Shown piece by piece: positions 60,113 through 64,000 of a stretch of 64,000 bases of DNA (position 1 is the stretch's first letter; each line of letters starts with the position of its first letter). The translations under genes were made by a program, and so were the position numbers. The stretch is from Candidatus Cloacimonadales bacterium. Its GTDB lineage: Bacteria > Cloacimonadota > Cloacimonadia > Cloacimonadales > DAONDQ01. The stretch lies in the NCBI GenBank assembly GCA_963662275.1, contig OY759316.1, positions 1,600,001 to 1,664,000 on the forward strand. Reading direction: 5' to 3'. The notes beneath the pieces are model-generated. The model was not told where the DNA came from. It was given only the letters and a program-made list of their open reading frames with translations, and searched no databases.

Positions 60113-61171
60113 ATGATAACAGACATCAAGACTTGGCTGGAAAAGGGGAAAAATGTTTCCAAAGAGGCATTAGACTGTATTTATGATGGCGTTTATATCG
60201 TCAATCCTGATCGAGAAATTGTCTTTTGGAATCGGGGAGCTGAACAGATTACAGGATATAAAAAAGAAAAAGTCACAGGATTCTGGTGTGGGGATAATAT
60301 TTTGAATCATATCGATGAAAACGGTATCTTGCTTTGTAGGGGAGGCTGTCCGATTGTGCAAACGATGAAGGACGGAAAACCCATTGAAATGAAAGTCTAT
60401 CCGAAGCATCAGGACGGACATCGCTTCCCTGTAGAAACCCATATCTCCTGTCTTCGGGATGATGAAGGCAATATACTCGGAGTTATTGAAGTATTCCGTG
60501 ATATCTCTCACCAGGAAGAGTATAGGATTTTACAGGAGAAATTCAAAAACCTGATTAAACGCTATGTCTCAACGACAACCTTCGATGAAATACAGTCCAG
60601 GATTATAAATAATTCCGATATCAATAACCCTAGGATTCTGGATATGAGCGTTCTCTATCTTGATATTATAAATTTTACAGGATATACAGAAAACCGAAAT
60701 CCGCAGGAAGTTGTGGAAATGCTGAATGACTTGTTTGGCATTTGTGAAGTGATAACGAGGGAACACTTTGGCGATATCGATAAATATATCGGAGATGCCG
60801 TCATGGCTGTATTTTCCGATGCTAATGATGCTGTCAGAGCGGCAGAGAAAATGCTGACAATTGGACTATTGATCATGAACGAAATCCGTGCAAAAGAGGG
60901 ACTCCCTGAAATATGTGTACGAATCGGCATTAACAGCGGTCCGGTTTTACAGGGAGATATTGGATCTTTTGAAAGAAAGGATCTGACCGTTATCGGTGAT
61001 AATGTGAACGTGGCTTCACGAGTGGAAAAACAAGCTCCCTCCAATCGTCTGATGATATCCGAGGCAACTCTCTCCCGTTTAGAGAAAAGAGAGTTTGATA
61101 AATTTGAAGCATTTGGGGTCATTCCCGTGAAAGGAAAAAGTGAACCTCTGAAGCTGTTTGTGCTGAAGTAA
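60113..61171 (+). CDS. PAS-domain class III adenylate cyclase
   Basis: PAS (WNRGAEQITGY); cyclase LDIINFT, DKYIGDAVM, RIGINSG, DLTVIGDNVNVASR, VKGK. Confidence 0.9.
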   Translation: MITDIKTWLEKGKNVSKEALDCIYDGVYIVNPDREIVFWNRGAEQITGYKKEKVTGFWCGDNILNHIDENGILLCRGGCPIVQTMKDGKPIEMKVYPKHQDGHRFPVETHISCLRDDEGNILGVIEVFRDISHQEEYRILQEKFKNLIKRYVSTTTFDEIQSRIINNSDINNPRILDMSVLYLDIINFTGYTENRNPQEVVEMLNDLFGICEVITREHFGDIDKYIGDAVMAVFSDANDAVRAAEKMLTIGLLIMNEIRAKEGLPEICVRIGINSGPVLQGDIGSFERKDLTVIGDNVNVASRVEKQAPSNRLMISEATLSRLEKREFDKFEAFGVIPVKGKSEPLKLFVLK

Positions 61172-61271
61172 GAGCGGAAGGAAATAGGGAGTAGGGAATA
61201 GCTCAGAGTTTGCGCCAATTCTTCATCGGCTGAAACGGTGAATTCTTTTGCCGAGAAGGTAACTATTAGCT

Positions 61272-61343
61272 TGTAGCTCTGGGTTTAACCGGTTGTAGCA
61301 AATGGTTTAACCGGTATTGTAGCTCCGGGTTTAACCGGTTGTA
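61272..61343 (+). repeat. Three GTAG-tagged REP-like units
   Basis: GTAGCTCTGGGTTTAACCGGTT / GTAGCAAATGGTTTAACCGGTATT / GTAGCTCCGGGTTTAACCGGTT. Confidence 0.75.
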
Positions 61344-61371
61344 TTGTGTAAGTGTAATAAATTGTGCTATT

Positions 61372-61510
61372 CATCCCCTCTTGGGAAGAAGGGGAATCGA
61401 CCGGAATCCCCCCTTGGGAAGGGGGGAATTGATCCTGACCGGAATCCCCCCTTGGGAAGGGGGGAATTGATCCTGACCGGAATCCCCCCTTGGGAAGGGG
61501 GGTAGGGGGG
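61372..61510 (+). repeat. 38-bp tandem palindromic repeat
   Basis: GACCGGAATCCCCCCTTGGGAAGGGGGGAATTGATCCT starting at 61399 and 61437, partial copy at 61475, degenerate copy before 61399; no unique spacers. Confidence 0.9.
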
Positions 61511-62050
61511 TCTATTTATTCCGTGCTCTAATCTCTAGCCTTTGGTCTTCTGCATTCTACTCCTGGTTTTTCTAAACCGCAACATTCAGCATAGAAGTGT
61601 TACATAAACTGAATGATTTCTCTCTAGCTGCAATTGTCTGTAAATCGATATAGGATGCGATTGCCTCATTTTTAATTGCCTTCGAATCAAAAGAAATAGA
61701 CTTAACGTTATCACTTGAAAATTGAATCATTTGCTATAACAAACCCAGAAGAAATTTCAAATGAAATTTCACTTTCAATAAATTTCAGGGTGATTTTGAA
61801 ATAAATTGCGAATCATATTTATTAGGAATCTTGTAACACATTGGCTATTAATAGGATACGGATTTATTTCAAATCGTGTTTTAGGGAATATAAATTGCGT
61901 AGAACTGTATTGTTAATTTAGGAAAGTCACATGAATAGAATTCCTGAAAGCGATATTTGAGTCTGATTATTTCAATTATGGTGGATTTCTGCGGGGATTC
62001 TATTATGAATTGAACCTAATAACAGGATAAACAAATAAATAGGAGGAAGT

Positions 62051-64000
62051 ATGTCACGATTGATAATAGCGATCGTATTATCATGTCTCTTTGTTTCACT
62101 CTTTGCCAAGCAGAATCTGGTACGCACTTTTAGAGATAGTAGGGGCAGGTTAGTGGATGAATATCGCATGCCTGAGGTTCCAGTCGGACAAAGAAATTCG
62201 GGACCTGTAGTCGTACCTACAGCTACAGCAGTCATGGTACCGGATGTACCCACTTTTGATTGGTCTTACGGATGTTTTGCCACATCAGCGGCAATGTTAG
62301 CCGGATATTACGACCGAAATGGCTATGACAATATTTATACAGGGCCTGCCAACGGGGGAGTTGTGCCTCTTACCAACAGCGTCTGGGGACCTGGTGAATG
62401 TCCTCTAAGTGCAACGCACCAAGGCTACGACAATCTGACGACTTTAGGGCATGTGAACAGGTTTTTCGTAGCTATTGACAATCAGAATAACGATCCTTTC
62501 GGTGGGGGTAATCCTACTGGTACTTATGCTAATTGCACAGCAGATTATATGGGAACGAACCAGGACTGGTGGGATAATAAAGATGGCAATTCCTGGGTTT
62601 ATACTAAATATGATGGGAGTAAATTGTATGATGACACTGAACCGGAAACTTCAAATCCCCGCAGAAGGGACGCGATACATGGACTGAAACTCTTTTTTAA
62701 TTCCCGTGGTTATGCGGTACAGGAGAACTATAACCAGAAGATCTATGGTTTTGAGGGACTTACTGATGGATTTACATTTGGCAATTATATGGATTGCATC
62801 GCTGCGGGAAGACCCGTTTTTATTCATGTCTCTGGAAGTAGTGGCGGGCATACCATGTTGGGTGTAGGTTATGACTCTGCTACTCAAACAGTTTATCTTC
62901 ACGATACCTGGAATCATGACCTTCATTCCATGACCTGGGGTGGTTCATATAGCGGAATGACTCAATTTGCAGTGAGTGTGCTATATCCTAAAGGTGCAAT
63001 TATTACTGCTAATCCGAATCGTTTTGATTTGACCATGGGTCCGAATCAGACTGTGACCCAGTATCTGACAATTGGCAATACGGGTGTTCAGCCTCTCCAA
63101 TATACTCTTACGTGTCCTCCACCAACATCGACTACAAATTCATTAGATCAATCCTTTTCTACGACAACCATACCTCTTGGATGGGCACAGCAATATGATA
63201 ATGGAGCAGGTCAATGGGTTTTCGATACAGGAGGAGGATACGATGCAGTTCCAAACTCCGCCTACGATGGCTCTTACAATGCAGTTTTATGGAGCAATTC
63301 CTTAAGTGTAGTGACATTGGTTTCTCCTTACGTGAATCTATCCAATACAATTTCAGCCTCCCTTTCCTTCTGGCATGCCCAGGGGGCATGGTATGGAAAC
63401 CAGGATACACTGAGGGTATATTACAAGACATCATCCAACGGCACTTGGAATCCACTTGCTACCTATACGAATGATACCCCGAACTGGACTAATGAGAACT
63501 TGGCTCTGCCAAACCTGTCATCGAGATACTACATCGGATTTAAAGGTACTGCCTGTGGCGGTCATGGGGTATGTATTGATAATGTGGTGATAAACAAGGT
63601 CGTTTCCACAGGTGCTTTTTTCAATGTGGATGGTGGTACTACCTATATTGGAAATATCCCGGTGGGAGGGGCTTCCAATGTAATCCCGATCAATATTAAT
63701 ACAACAGGTAAGGCAAATGGGACTTATTATAATTATATTAATGTTAGTGCGAATAGCACCAATTGGAGAAGTAGTTCTTTTGTTGTATTAGTGAACGTTA
63801 ATACTGCAAACACGATCACACTCACTCCTATACCGACCGGTACTACCTGGCAGGGTGGAATCACTCAAAACATCAGTTGGAGTTACTCCGGGACTGGAAG
63901 TACAGTTTCATTATATTATTCCTCAAACGGAGGAACAAACTGGACTTCCGCAGGTGATATTCCTACGGTACCCGGTACAAATACGTATGGCTGGACTTTA
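62051..64000 (+). CDS. Secreted papain-like (C10/C39-like) cysteine peptidase with adhesin/MAM-like domain, 3'-partial
   Basis: AGGAGG RBS, signal peptide MSRLIIAIVLSCLFVSLFA, WSYGCFATSAAM, GRPVFI..GGHTMLGVGYD, YLHDTW; frame open to the window end by manual translation; absent from the ORF track. Confidence 0.82.
   Translation, partial: MSRLIIAIVLSCLFVSLFAKQNLVRTFRDSRGRLVDEYRMPEVPVGQRNSGPVVVPTATAVMVPDVPTFDWSYGCFATSAAMLAGYYDRNGYDNIYTGPANGGVVPLTNSVWGPGECPLSATHQGYDNLTTLGHVNRFFVAIDNQNNDPFGGGNPTGTYANCTADYMGTNQDWWDNKDGNSWVYTKYDGSKLYDDTEPETSNPRRRDAIHGLKLFFNSRGYAVQENYNQKIYGFEGLTDGFTFGNYMDCIAAGRPVFIHVSGSSGGHTMLGVGYDSATQTVYLHDTWNHDLHSMTWGGSYSGMTQFAVSVLYPKGAIITANPNRFDLTMGPNQTVTQYLTIGNTGVQPLQYTLTCPPPTSTTNSLDQSFSTTTIPLGWAQQYDNGAGQWVFDTGGGYDAVPNSAYDGSYNAVLWSNSLSVVTLVSPYVNLSNTISASLSFWHAQGAWYGNQDTLRVYYKTSSNGTWNPLATYTNDTPNWTNENLALPNLSSRYYIGFKGTACGGHGVCIDNVVINKVVSTGAFFNVDGGTTYIGNIPVGGASNVIPININTTGKANGTYYNYINVSANSTNWRSSSFVVLVNVNTANTITLTPIPTGTTWQGGITQNISWSYSGTGSTVSLYYSSNGGTNWTSAGDIPTVPGTNTYGWTL

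Noticed and set aside
61372..61510. 38-bp palindromic repeats as a CRISPR array
   Set aside because: Units are head-to-tail with no unique spacers, and there are no cas genes in the window

Overview
AT-rich chromosomal window from an anaerobic bacterium. Many secreted proteins end in a YPNPF...IYNIKGQ...W.G...SG.Y...K C-terminal domain (FlgD-Ig / T9SS-CTD-like), which points to Cloacimonadota or a related FCB lineage (inference). Housekeeping blocks: tRNA-Leu-tig-clpP-clpX, xseA, thrS-kdsD-(endonuclease III-like)-dtd, yebC-ruvC-ruvA-rsmB-PASTA and an EF-G2 paralog. Metabolic genes: hutI, a 2-hydroxyacyl-CoA dehydratase subunit, and a 4Fe-4S protein plus aldehyde:ferredoxin oxidoreductase. Accessory content: an XRE-HTH/ImmA-peptidase + PIN-domain pair; six CTD-tagged exported proteins (three with 14-blade propeller repeats, one broken by a single in-frame TAA); an IS21 element abutting a 5'-truncated IS256; a MacAB-like exporter; a PAS-adenylate cyclase; and a secreted cysteine-peptidase-like ORF, absent from the ORF track, that runs off the end. 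The intergenic DNA is highly patterned: GCRGAAG-capped heptamer arms flanking palindromic REP-like cargo, 11-bp periodic tracts, and a 3 x ~143-bp multi-hairpin array. All calls come from reading motifs by eye; no database searches were run.
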